Source: the human T2T-CHM13v2.0 reference genome, Homo sapiens
Length of the DNA stretch: 64,000 nt
Assembly: GCF_009914755.1 (NCBI RefSeq)
Contig: NC_060934.1
Reading direction: 5' to 3' (one strand)
A program made the position numbers and the translations under genes. The notes under the pieces were generated by a model. That model saw nothing but the letters and a program-made list of their open reading frames with translations, did not search any database and was not told the DNA's origin. Positions 14,870 to 28,390 of this stretch are shown here, one piece after another (the first letter of the stretch is position 1; each line of letters opens with the position of its first letter).

Positions 14870-16330
14870 AATACATTCATCAATTCTTTCATTCAACTCA
14901 ATAAAATTGAGTTCTTACCATGAGCTAGGCCTTGATGACTCATAGATAAATAAGATAATATTCTATCCTCCAGTTTTGCTTAGAATTCAGTAAGGAAAGA
15001 ATGACAATAAAGTGCTGTAGCTGATATATTGTATTCAGGTTAAGATAGGAAATAAGGCTGTAATGATTCATTCTCCCCCTGTGGGATTGGGATCACATTC
15101 ATAAAAGCAATTGTACTGGGGTATCAAAAAGTTTGTGAGGTTGAAACAGAAGGACACATTGGGCATATATAGTAGTTTGATAAAATTGAAGTAACCTTAA
15201 AGTACGTGTGAAGGGATAGGAGACGTGAGCAGAGCTGAGGCTGAGAGACAAAAAAAGGCCTATGTGGTAAATTCAGAATTTAGACTTTTTAATAAACAGG
15301 AGAAAACTATGAAAGAAGAGGATTTTTGGACAGAAATTCTAAAATGTGTTTTATGTATACATTAAAAAGAACAAACCTGGATGTTAGAGGGCTAATTTGA
15401 GGGTAATTTCAATAGTGCAGGGGATGAGCAATGGAAGCCTGAACCCAAATGGGCATCTCTGTGATAGAGAATCATAGAGGAATGACATTTGAGAGGCAGG
15501 ACAGACAGAGCTGACTATCAGTTGGATGTGAGACATGAATAAAAAACATGATTTGACTCCCAAGTTTCTGGTTTGGATAAGCAGTTGAATAATTATATCA
15601 TTGGGAAATAACAAGAGTATCACATTATTTGAGTTTTCCATGTCTTCTAAGCATGTAGATTTTTAGATCTGGAGCTCAGGAGAGAGATTTGGAGTCATAT
15701 ATGTATAAGACATAGAGTGTGGCAGTGGATCAAATAGTGTGGGCAAGAACATATAAGGTAAGAAAAGGGCTTGATGAAAACACAGTACTGTCAGAAGCTA
15801 GGAGGAGAAAGGAAGTCATGGAAGAGAAGGAACGGAGGAAAAGTCAAGTAGGGTGAGGAAAGGTAAGAGTGGGGAAACTATTAGAGGAAAAAAAAGAGGT
15901 GGTCAGCAAGTTTGATTGTCATAGAAAAAGAAGGAAGAGTAGGACTGAAAATGTTTGCTGGATTCAGAACAAAGAAGTCCATGGTGTCAGTTGTCAATGA
16001 TTAGATAGTCAACGAGAGTTAATTTAGTTCCAATGGAAATGTGAGGAATAGGAGGTAGTTAAAGGGCAATAGACCAGAGGGTTTAACTATATTTCCTGTA
16101 ACAAATTTGAATATATTCGAACGCTATAAAAGAGGAGCCAAATAAGTGAAAACTGAGCAGCTAGGTCTCCATACCTGAGGAATCAGCAACCGGTGGAATA
16201 GTACAAAAGCAAAGTGGAAGAAGTAGTGTTAAATAGGAGGAAGCAAGTCAGGAAATACAGATATAAATTACCTGCAGGTGTGAGGGCTAGCTCTTGGGAG
16301 ATTTCATGCCTCAAGGCTCACTTTCTTTCT
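14870..16330 (-). mobile_element. L2 LINE fragments
   Basis: 'cattcatcaattc...' tail; 'tttgactcccaagtttctggtttggataagc' and 'atctggagctcaggagagagatttggagtc' L2 motifs. Confidence 0.7.
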
Positions 16331-17127
16331 TTTTTTTTTTTTTTTCTGTGCAATAAGATCTGGGTCCACTTCCAACTTTTCTCCCTATAGCTCACATACT
16401 TGAAGTGTGCCAAGAACACCAGATATGGCAACATCCCACAGATGATGAATGGTATGAAAATGGCCTGAGGGTTCTACATCATTCATATATTCTCTGATCA
16501 CTAGAGATTTATTCTCCTATGTTCTCTAGCAAAATGATTACAGAACCACAGCAATAATAGTGGTCTGCTCAATTAGCCAAAACATGCTACTGAAACCCTT
16601 TATTTGTTCCACAGAAAGAAATGATCTAAAAAAATCTTTTCTGAGGGAGTAGGTTTTCCTCCTAAGCTGCATGTCATTTAGCTCTTCCAATTTCTTCTAG
16701 TATAGGGTTTATTTCAATGATTTCTCTGCCTAATGTGATGCTGTAACACTCTGAATCTCACATCTTTCCTCAGTCATTGATGTGCTGATCGTTCAGTCTG
16801 CCAGATCATTAACAATGATTTTTTTTTAAAGAACAGTTAACACCAATTCTTGCAGTAATGCCTACCCTTTAATCTCCCACTGCTCCTAAAAAGGAATCAT
16901 CCATCTTTATATGTCTTTTCATCTATCATTGGTATTTGTGCTTTGTTCTTTGACAGTTTCAGTCAATCTGATTAGGTTTTATGCACAGCAACTCAATAGC
17001 ACAGGATAATTATGATACAGTGAGGACTACTTTTTTTTCTGTTTACTTCTATATGCCCAACATTCTGTTCTGTAGGCAATCTGACAATTGGAGAATTTTA
17101 ATGCAAAAATAATCTCTTTAAAAAAAC

Positions 17128-17389
17128 TTTCAAAAATTTCAACCTCTATTTTAGATTCAGGGGGTACATGGACAGGTTTGTTACATTGATACACTGTGTG
17201 ATGCTGAGGTTTGGGGACACAAATGATCCCATCACCCAGGTAGTAAACATAGTACCAAATAGGTAGTTTTTCAGCCCTTCCCTCCTCCCTCTTTCCCCCC
17301 AACTAGTCGCCAGTGTCTATTGTTCCCATTTTTATGTTCACATGTACCCCATGGCTAGCTCTCACTTATAAGTGAGAACATGTAATATT
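17128..17389 (-). mobile_element. L1 3' UTR end (L1PA15/16-like), 5'-truncated
   Basis: 'tattttagattcagggggtacatg...gatcccatcacccaggtagt...cacttataagtgagaacatg'. Confidence 0.88.
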
Positions 17390-17964
17390 AAAGAAAAAAT
17401 ATGGCTGCAACATAGTAGGCAAAATTCATTTTCAAGGAGATCAGAAATCCAATTGATTATAGCCTAATCCAAATAATTTATTATTTAACAATTTAACGAG
17501 GGGGAAGGGGATATTTCCAAAACGTTTAAAGTTTATTTCTCATAGGATTTTAAAATTACCTGGCACTATAATATGGAAATAGAGAGTAGCATTAACTTGT
17601 CAAAAATTAATAAAAACTTGCTTTTAAGAAGAGGACAAAGGGAGTCAAAATGGATTGTCTAAAATTTAAATGCAATGTTAGAAAGATCACTTTTGATGCT
17701 ATCTGGAAAGTTTCCCAGATTCCCCATTGAGCTAATCTCTGTGAGTGCTCATTATAAGAAGTGATAGCTATCCCTCTGTCTCAGAGACAGGATTTGTCTT
17801 ATTCTGATTGACACAGCTCATGTTATATTAAGTTTGTGAAATGAATACAAAAGCTAAGATAACTTTTGTTTTTAATGACTTGCACCTTTTTTTAAAAGAA
17901 CTCTTAGGGATGTTATAAGGATAAAGTAACATAATAGATATTTTGCTCAGCAAAAAGCATGATT

Positions 17965-18210
17965 CAGCCTAGCACAGTGGAAAGATCATGGTCTTTGGAG
18001 CCAAGAAAAAACTGAATCCAAATCTAAGTAACCTCAGCTCTGCCACTTTCTAGCTTTATGACCTCAGATAAGTTTCTTACCTTCTTAGCGCCTCTATTTC
18101 CCCCTGGGAAAAACGGGGATAACCAGAAGCTGTGAAAAGTAAATAAGATTTGATATTTAAAACCTTGCCTAATGCTGACCACATCTAGGAGACGCTCAAT
18201 AAATGTTAAT
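17965..18210 (+). mobile_element. MIR (MIRb-like), near full length
   Basis: 'agcacagtggaaagatcatggtctttggagcca...gctctgccactttctagct...gctcaataaatgtta'. Confidence 0.8.
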
Positions 18211-18514
18211 CCCCCCAGGTTCCCAATAGCATAGCTTTTGAACAAGTTTATAGATGCCAAATATGAAAGAAATAAATACATATTAAAGACTACCAGATAC
18301 GTGATGCTACCTAGTTAATGCTTACATACAGTAAATGCTGAAGCATACAACAAAATACAAAATGTTTTGTATTTCTTTCCCAGACTTGTAGTGGTATTCT
18401 TAGTTCTTGAGATTACTCTACCAACATTTATTAAATACCTGTTTTGTGACAGTAGAGTATAAACACAGATAAGAAACCATCTTTGTTCCCAAGGAGTCCA
18501 TGATATACTTTAAA

Positions 18515-19060
18515 GAACCACAGGAGATTGAAATTGGCAGAAACCCTGGAGGTCACCAAATACCTCCATTTTTTAAAAAAAATTTATTCATTTTATTTTT
18601 GTTGGTTTTTTTTTTGTTGTTGTTTGTTGTTGTTGTTGTTGTTTTACAAACCCTTGTGTTGCGAGGGCTGACTTTCAATAGATCGCGGCGAGGGAACTGT
18701 TCTGCTACGTAGGAAACCCCGACCCAGAAGCAGATAGTCTACGAATGGTTTAGCGCCAGGTTCCCCACGAACTTCCATTGCGTGACGGGCAAGGGGGCAG
18801 CTGCCTTTGCGGCCAGACCCCGTTTCCCAGGACTAGGGGCACTCCGCACTGGACCCTAGTCCTGGCGCGGGATGGGGCGGCCCCCAGGCGGGGATAGCGG
18901 GGGACCGACATCCGAGACCAGCCAAGGCCCCCCTCTGTTTTTTTTAAAGAGGAGAAACCGAACTGGAGAAAGTTTCAATGAATTACTCTATACCACATTG
19001 CTAGTTAGTGGCAGCTCCAGTGAAGCCTTCCTGACTCCTAACACAGTGACTTTTCCTTTA
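18515..19060 (-). mobile_element. MIR3/MIRc-like SINE split by the 28S retrocopy
   Basis: 'aaaccctggaggtcacc' before the insert and 'aaagaggagaaaccgaactggaga...gctagttagtggcagc' after it. Confidence 0.6.
18575..18931 (-). pseudogene. Retroposed 3'-terminal fragment of 28S rRNA (LSU-rRNA_Hsa / SINE28-like) with polyA-derived tail
   Basis: 18646-18931 is the reverse complement of the 28S 3' end ('acaaacccttgtgt..gagggctgactttcaatagatcgc...tacgaatggtttagcgccaggttccccacgaac'); T/(GTT)n tail 18583-18645; flanked by cctccatttttt / cctctgtttttt. Confidence 0.93.
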
Positions 19061-20837
19061 ACCTGGTCCCCCAAATAATAAGCTGTAAAAAGATTTACTG
19101 GAAGAAAAATGCACAAGAACTTCTCGAGTAGGTCAGATTTCTTTTTTTCTCTCTTAAGTATAACCACATCATGTTTGATCCATTGAATTTCTGTAATGGT
19201 AGTGTATCATTACATAAAATAAAAGTGAAAAAGAAATACAACAAATTTCAGACTGCCTTATGAAATACAATAGCTAAGCTTAAATATTCACAGGGCTAAT
19301 CCCAGAAAAAGGCAGTCTGGACTCGGTTATCCACATAACTACCTCTATTATCCATTTCATATTAGAATGTAGAATTATAACATAGTTAATGGGGTTTCAA
19401 TTTAAAGACCCCGTGTCATCTTATTAGCCTATCATCTGCCCTATTTTCTCCTTAATTTACCTTATGTTTATACAATTCTTATCTCAGGGCCACGTTGCTA
19501 CCATAAATCAAATATGCCAGGTTTCAAGTTTCAGCATATGAGCACAGATGTGAGCAAACAGCTTTTGATCACTCAGTTATCTCTACCAGAGTAACTGAAA
19601 CAGGGATTCTCAACACATAGAACTTCTAATCCAGGCTGACCTCAATTAACTGCAAGCTAACAGACATTGCCACGATATCTTCCTAGAAGAACAAGGGGAT
19701 TCCTGGAAAGAAAAGGAATCTATCCGTCTTTCATCCCACTGGTCAATAACTTTTTCTCAGAATCAATTATTGACATTTTATAATCTATGATCTTCACCAC
19801 CGTAATAAGACTTCAGGAAAAAAAAATGTAATTTCAGCAGAAAAGATTGGAAGCATGGTACTAGGGATACTATACATTGGCACAGGAGAAGATAAATGTA
19901 TTGACTCAGCATTTTGTTACCATTATCCTTCTCTCTAAAATCTAGTTCTGAATAAATAAAAGCAGGGACTCAGAGCCTGGCAGGATATCTTGCCCTGAAT
20001 GCATGGCCCATAATCGAAGCTTTCAACAGGACTTTTTGGGTGAGTAGATAGGAATTAAGGGTCCAAAGAAAATTTGGGCACTGCCTTCCTTTTACATTGA
20101 TGACTTAAAGAAGAAGAGGTACAGTAGTAGGTAAAGAAGAAATAATTACCAATTTAGAAAGAGGGTACAGAGGGTAGAAAAGGAATAGTCTAATGTTTGC
20201 AATATGTTTGGAACATATATTCAGGGTCCAGGAACACTGCCTGTATCTGATTCCTTGCTTCTGCTTATCCAGAGATGAGTTTAGACAGAGGACAATGAAG
20301 ACAGTACTCAGACAGTACACTTATCTTCTCCCATCCCAATATATAGAATCTCTAGTACAATGCTTCAATCCTTCCTGCTGAAATTGTTTTAACATTTTTT
20401 CTGGAGCCTTATGGGAGTGGTGGAGTCTCTAGATGTGTAAAATGCCAATAAAGAATGCTTACTGGGAAAGGTATTGACTAGTGAGATTAAAGACAAATAT
20501 GCTCCTCTTCTTTCCAGAAATTCCCTGTGCCCCTAGGAGGAGACTGTGTCTGTTAAATAATGTTAACTCCAGAAGGAAAGATCAAAAACAAGAGAGAACA
20601 ATGAAAGGATAGTGCTAAGTGTGAAAGAAAAACATTAAGGAAAGGAGTCGGAGGGAAAGTAAGAGTGTTACTGCATTATATTTAAACCAGCCTGTCACAA
20701 CGAGAAAAGAGGCAGAAACATGTGTGCTTCTTGTCTGACCACTTATCTACCAAATCCAGTTCTTCTACCTTTACCTTCATCGTTTCAGGCTCTCGTATAG
20801 GCAATAAATGGTGTCAAAGATTCAGCAAGTTGCTACT

Positions 20838-20883
20838 ATATATTTATGAAATAAATTCACATATATTTATGAAATAAATACCC
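20838..20883. repeat. 23-bp tandem duplication
   Basis: atatatttatgaaataaattcac / atatatttatgaaataaataccc. Confidence 0.8.
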
Positions 20884-22111
20884 ATCAGCTTTCACATACT
20901 AAAATAATTAGTGTAAAAGCTATTACATTAAATTAAATTAAATTAAGATTTCATTTTCTAGCATTAACAGGTGGCTTTCCCCTTATTCCTTATTCCATGG
21001 TAACATACCCTTCTAAAAATAAAAGTTTCAACCAGTTTTCCTGCTCTTAGTTCAATGTCATCCTAAAAACAAAAAAACAAAACAAAAGTGGCCCTAACAC
21101 CTACTGGGTGTTAAAAGATAATCTTGGATTAGCAGATAAGCTTTCTGAAGTGGGAAAGTGAGATTGAGCAAGGGGAATATTAAATTGTCAAGAACAGTAC
21201 CATGTGTTCTTTCTAAGAATGAAAAACTTAGAAATTTGCTATCAGAAGTGACCACCTCTCTAAATAGTCTAGAACAAAAAATAAAATAATTTATTTTGTA
21301 AAAAGAAACATCTTCCCTTCACGGTCTTCCTCCCTTTCCTACCTCTGTTCATCCCCTGCCATGTTCATGAGGTACAAACAAAAATAACAGTAGGATTAAC
21401 CTGGAAGACCCTACTCATGAAAAATCATTTATATAAACGAGGAAGAAAATTCTGCCCACTTTCTAGCATATCAAGGAATATTGTTAAACGTATTTAAAAG
21501 CCAGTCTGTGATTTTGCATGGCTTTATTAATAATGTTCTTGAGAAAACAAAGCCAGTACATAGATAAATTCCTTACATGATGATCAACACCAAGGAAACC
21601 TCTTACTGTTCTCAGACCTAACATAAAGAATGATGATTTTCATTCACTGTGAGGTACAAAAGCAATAATATATGCAAAATAGGAATACAGGAAATATTGC
21701 ACAGCTCACTAATATACTGCAAGTTACTAATGGGAAAAATATCAAAATACCTTAAGGACTATTATATACATTATCACAACACTCAAAGAATGAAAATCAC
21801 TTATTCCTTTGAAAATTGGGATACTTTTTATTTTGAGAGCTGCAGAAAACCCTATGACGCACTACATAGCTCTCACAGTAAATTTCCAGGATCAAAGTTC
21901 AAAAACAGGTACATGATAAAATGAGCAAAGTGAGGTAGACAACAGAAAATGCCAAAATGACAATAACTGAAAATATTAATTTCCAAGTATTATATCTCAT
22001 AACATAATAGTAACATGATGTCTCACCGTTCCCAGCTCATCACATGTTCTAAAGCTGTTCTCCTCCTTTTTATAAAACTTTATTATCCTGCTGAAGTTTC
22101 ACTCATACAAC

Positions 22112-22175
22112 TAGTCATTCCTTAATTTTATACTTAGTTATTCCTTAGTTATTCTTAGTTATTCCTTAATTTTAT
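22112..22175. repeat. Short imperfect tandem repeat (TTAGTTATTCC)n
   Basis: About four copies of tagttattcct-like units. Confidence 0.75.
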
Positions 22176-24633
22176 TTTCTTTTAACATAGTTATTTTATA
22201 GCAAAAATTTATGATGATAACTGGTTTTTTTTTTTGTACTCTTCTTATCTTAAAAACACCAGTTAGAAAAAAATGACATTTATAACTTGTGGTCTATGGA
22301 ACAAGATCAGTAATTATTCCATGCAGGATAATGTTAGTATACTAAGTGAGACAGCATCATTTAGAGGAAAAGAGGACAAGAAAAGATGATGATGGTAGAA
22401 ACAGGAGGCAGGGTCAGTTATTTCCATATTGATCATGTAGACCGTGCCTGATAAGGTAAGAGGTCTATTATTAATCAACCAATTCAACCAATGATGAAGG
22501 CTCAACAGAACCCCAATGTCAGGGAAAAAGCATTAAATTTCAAATCCCATTATCCAATAAGCAGTTATTTATGAACTACATACAAAATGTAAACTGAATT
22601 TCTAAGCCACATACAACTATCAGTATAATTATTCTATAATCTAAATATATCCTTGACTCTAAGAATATACATATTTCCTACTACAAAAATTTACTCACCC
22701 AGTTTACTGATAATTAATTCCACCAAGGTTGAGATGATAAAACTTCAAGGGTTTATTTCACAAGGTTGCTTTGTGTTTAACTTGAACAAAAAAGGGAAAA
22801 TAAACAACAAAACTAAAACAACCATTGAACCAACACACCTGAATTTTCAGGGGTAGAATTTTAGGAAGAAAACAGTCCCTGACAAGTACAAATTCTCTAC
22901 ATAGAAAACTGCCTATTCGGCCTCAGTCTATACACAAAAATTACTACTGCACAGATTCTGTGTAGTAGCACAAATAGAACAAAGGTCAAAGATTAAATGT
23001 AGGTATGTGCATGTGTTTTATATATATTACAAATATAGTAATATATACACACACATTTTGTATTAGCCTATGTTATTCTAAGCATTAGTCTTAGCATATG
23101 CTGTGTTTCACATTTAGAAATCCCTAAATGTGTTCAGAACTGAGGGATGTATTATTCATAACTTATCTTTAAATTTATTATTTAATGCAGTATCCATTTG
23201 TAAGTTAGTAGATGCTGATCTCACCAATTCATTGACTGTGGCTAGGCATGCACAAATTTCACATAAAGATATAAAGCTAATATACATTTCCTTCCTCTGA
23301 TTTCCATTGCCCGGATTTCTTGCACTAAACTTTTATGCTGTGTTGCACATAGTGCATGCAGAATGCATGTAGAACATGCCCTGAAGAATCTGCAATGCAG
23401 ATAAGAGGAAAGCATTATTCCTAATTTGCATATCACACCACACACAGTAACTGATTTGTCAAATATCAAACAATTTACATATTCTAGGCCTCCTGCTCTC
23501 CCTTTCTTGAGCGTTCGGTCTACTTTTTCTTTTTGCAACTGAATTTTATAGAGAGGAAAATATATCTTTAGCTAAGGTGATGTAATTTGAAAATATAAGT
23601 ATTAGATTTCTCCAAATGACTTAAGAATATTAGAAAAGAAAAAAAAAGTACCCATTCAGCTTAGATTGCAGAACAGACAGGGAGCTTAAACAGCAGGCTC
23701 TGACTGAAAATTAAATTTAAGCTTCCAGTTACTGCAGCAAAACCTAAGACCACCTTCCCTCTGTAGCTCGAGTGGGAGACATTGTTCTGCTGTCTCTCTA
23801 GGCTCTTTGGTACGCTGAGGCTGATGTGATTGCCCAGACTCGTGTCCTGCATGGAATTTAAACTACTTTTGTAACAGCAAAAGGAATTTACTGACTTCCT
23901 CTCAGATTGAAAGCAGAAATGACCACTCGCATCAAATTATTTACTTCGATTTGTAGCTTATTTAAAATGAGGTAGGTTGTGATTGATGTTGATTTTTATT
24001 CAATGGCTCATCTATTCTGATATTTCAGTTTCTTAAAATATTTATGCAAAGTTTTGTTTGGATTACTTACATACGTAGCACAAATGATTCTTTATTTGCC
24101 ATGGTGACAGCACAAATCACATTATTTGCAGAGGTTGGGGAGTCCCACAAATCAGCCCCCACAACAACAAATATTTATTTATTGAACTCTTGGAACAGTT
24201 ACAAAGAAATATAAGACACAGTTTCTGTTTTCAAGAACCTTACAATATGGGAAGATAAAATATTTACAGATACAAATTAACCAATAAAATAAAGACAGAG
24301 ATACAAGCAATGCCACAAAGCCAAAATCATAGTGGAGATTCTGCCCTGGCAGGAATGAGATCTCATTACCTGGGTGATTTATTATTCCTCTAGTTCTCAG
24401 TCTGTCTCTGAAAAATGAAGACGTGAACTAAATTTTCTCCCAATTCAACAGCCTTAAAATTTAATATGAATTCTCTTACACCTAACCTTAAATGTCTTCA
24501 CAATTGTACTCTATGTCTTATCTATGGAAAGGGAAGTTAGTAGCCACCAAAAGATATTTCAATTGATCTATTTTCCCTTGGACATTTTAACAGCTAATAA
24601 GCCAAGAAATGCTATCTAATTTCCTTACACATC

Positions 24634-24893
<260 letters not shown>

Positions 24894-24936
24894 CACACAT
24901 CTTTATACAAGAGGAGTGAAGTTATACACATTGTAG

Positions 24937-25284
<348 letters not shown>

Positions 25285-25499
25285 TGAGAGTCTATTTTTC
25301 AGATAAAGAAACCACCTTACCTAGTTACAAGCATTGAGTTTTCTTTCCCTGCTAGGTCCTCTACCTTATCTGTGGTACCAGCCAAAAAGTCAATTATTTT
25401 TAACTCCGAGAAAATTCTGACTGCAAAGCACTGCCTCTTCCTACTCAGTACAGATGATCAAGGTGGGATAACACAGAAGAATCTTCACACCCACTCATC

Positions 25500-25500
25500 A

Positions 25501-25533
<33 letters not shown>
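25500..25533. repeat. (CT)n microsatellite
   Basis: ctctct run seen directly. Confidence 0.9.
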
Positions 25534-26429
25534 ATTAAAAGCACTAAGCGGCCAATGCCTTACTGTCTATTCCATGGGCTTCACTAGGCTGTCCCTTCTT
25601 AGGCCTAGAACGAAATGGGCTTCACAAATAGAAATTATTCTAATCCAAATAATATTTCCCCAAGTCTCACAGTGCAAAACACCACAGCAGAGAGCACATG
25701 GTGATCAAGAAAGACAGCATTATCATAAATATTTGTATTTCTTATGCTAACAGATCCCATTCTTCCAGTCTGTGGCATTGTCCCAAACTGCCCCATCAAA
25801 GGTTCTAAAATATGCTTAGGGCATCTCTATTAAGAGGATGAGGAGAAAGGAGGAGGGGGAAGATGCTAACAACTAAATGGTAAGTTTTTACATAATGGTA
25901 CATCCTGCCAGCCAACAAGTTTTACTACAAAAACAAACAAACAAAGAAACAAACAAAGTTTACAAATCCTTTCTCTTTTTTTTAAGTTTTATTGATTCTG
26001 CTGAATGAAAACAAAAAACAAAAAATAAATGTTTATATTAGTCCTAAATGTAAGTTTCGTAAATTCTAAATGTAATACAGCTGAAGCAATAATAGTACTC
26101 ATTTGGCTCACCTAAAGTGCCAAACCATTTACCTCAAAGTATGTTCATTGTACTTACACTGACTATGTGTTTCAGTTGTAAAGAAAAATAACATTAAAGA
26201 GCAGGTATAGAAATTTAGTCTATAACACATACAAAAGCTAGAGCTATACCATCCCCTAAAACATGAAGAACTTTGTAATACTGCTTTGTAATGGTAATAT
26301 AATTACTTTATCATAGTATTCTGTTTTCTGGGAACCAATCATCTTTTAGAATATTAAGGTTTGGTCAACCTTCACACAATTAACTTTAGTACAAGCATGA
26401 GAAAATAAGGCTACCTACACACTAGGATG

Positions 26430-26602
26430 CAGTGTTTTCCAAATACGCTAATCTTAGAACACTATACAAATACAAATACAAATTTGCAGGACATTACTGG
26501 AAAAATATGATTCCATTGATCTGAGGTGAGATAGAAGAAGTTGGAATTTTTTTAAGAGTATCTCTAGTAATTCTTATTTTCTGGCAGACTTGAAGAACAT
26601 TT
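26430..26602. mobile_element. MER5-like hAT-Charlie MITE, degraded
   Basis: 'cagtgttttccaaa...tttaagagtatctctagtaattctt...gacttgaagaacatt' resembles MER5 ends. Confidence 0.45.
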
Positions 26603-28271
26603 TTATAATGTACTCAAAACCAAATACTAAGAATTTTAGATTATATTTGCCAGGCTGCCCATCAGTCAGTATCTATATGCATATCATTTGAAGAAGCTTG
26701 AAATAGAGTTAGCATTAAAAATAGTTCCTCCATTATCTATCACACAAACAGCATAAATTCTTTTGTTTTCATCTGAAGCACTTTTTGCTCTTTGAGGATC
26801 CTTTTCTAAACTGTAAATTTCCTGGAAATGCTACCAGTCAATATCTTTGAGGAACTAAATAATAGTCCTTGAAGAGCAAAAACAAATGAAAAAATAAATG
26901 GTGGTAAGCAATGGAGAAAAGGAGTATGAAACGAATTCTGCTAAAGGAATTGCAAGATGGAATTGACTCATTTTCCCATTGAGATTAATCTTTTGAAGCC
27001 AAAACAAAATCCGAGGACCACAGATGTAAATGAGCATGACTTGTATATCTATGACTTGTGCTAGAAAGGGCTATATTGTCATGATTACCTCCCAAATGGT
27101 CAATGAGACTCTGGCTAACCTTCCCTAATGACCTTATGTCATCCATATATCTTAGGAAAAGTAACTCCCTCCCCTACACGATATCTCTAAAAGAGCCCAC
27201 TGACCAGTTTCCTTAATTCTGTCCATCTTTGCAGATTACAGACACTTAGTATTTACCGTTTCAAAAGTAAGCAGCTTAGTATCCATCGCTCCTTTATAAT
27301 TCCACATATTCACGTAAGAAGGCAATGATAATTCAGGAGGTACTTCAAGATCAGTCAGTGCCTCCTGGTTATTAAAAAAAAAACTTTATAAATAAAAAGG
27401 CTGTACCCCAATAATATAAATTTGTCAACAATGTGGAGATATAAAAATTTACCCCAGAACATCAGGAAGAAACATGTAGAATAAAAGTACTGAAATGTAA
27501 CAAAAGCAGAGATGTGACCTATAGGTTCCTTTAAGGGTAAGCTTTTGTGTCACACAAAGCTAAGTGACCAATGAGGACAGCAGGATCACACCATTGATCC
27601 ACCAAGTCAATCTGAGCTTCTTCAATCTCTGGCCTAATGCTTCATTATAGCATGAAGTTCCCCCAAAATACACTAATATGGGTTCAACAATGGTGACTTT
27701 TTAAAGTAAATGCTTGGCTATTAATGCCTTATTGGTTCCCTAATAGAAAAGGGCAATGCTCATATGATTCCTTTCTTACCACTCTTCCTTCCAGGTTCAA
27801 TATGATGCAGTATTTCCAATGGCGGGAGACAGAAACAATGTCACAAAGTGGGAGAGGCACTAAGAATGAGATCTGGCACCACTTACTCTTGTTTCTATAC
27901 AATTGAAGTACAACACTTCTCAATTTTCTAGGCGTCTTTGGGGAGAGATCTTATCTCTCTTAATGGTACCAACTCAGTAACCCAAACTGTTCACCAATAC
28001 TTCTTTTAAGTAGTTGTGAGGTAGGGAGTCCAACACTTCCCAAGAGATCCTGTTAGTACATTATAGCAACTACAGGGAATGTTTTACAAATGACTGTCAT
28101 TATAATGTTAAATCTAACATATATGCCAACCCCCTTAGTTTATACAATAACTTTCCTCCAAAAATCTTAATTAAAAATAAAATATAGCTGACTTCGTTAT
28201 AAAGAGACTCATTAACCAGGACATTGCAGTTTTTATTTTATCAAATAGAAATAGTGAAAATGAAAGATGAC

Positions 28272-28390
28272 ATATTTTAGAGTCAGCACATCCTGGGTCC
28301 AAATTCCACCTCTCCTGCTTCCTACCTACGCATCTTTGAGACAGCTGCATAGGCTCTTTGCATCTCAACTTTCCACATAAAATGTGGCAC
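28272..28390 (+). mobile_element. MIR fragment
   Basis: 'tagagtcagcacatcctgggtccaaattccacctct'. Confidence 0.6.

Noticed and set aside
18646-18931. Functional rRNA gene or CpG-island promoter
   Set aside because: Only about 285 bp of the 28S end, diverged, tailed and TSD-flanked; the GC content comes from the rRNA source. ORFs at 18500 and 18872 are by-products.
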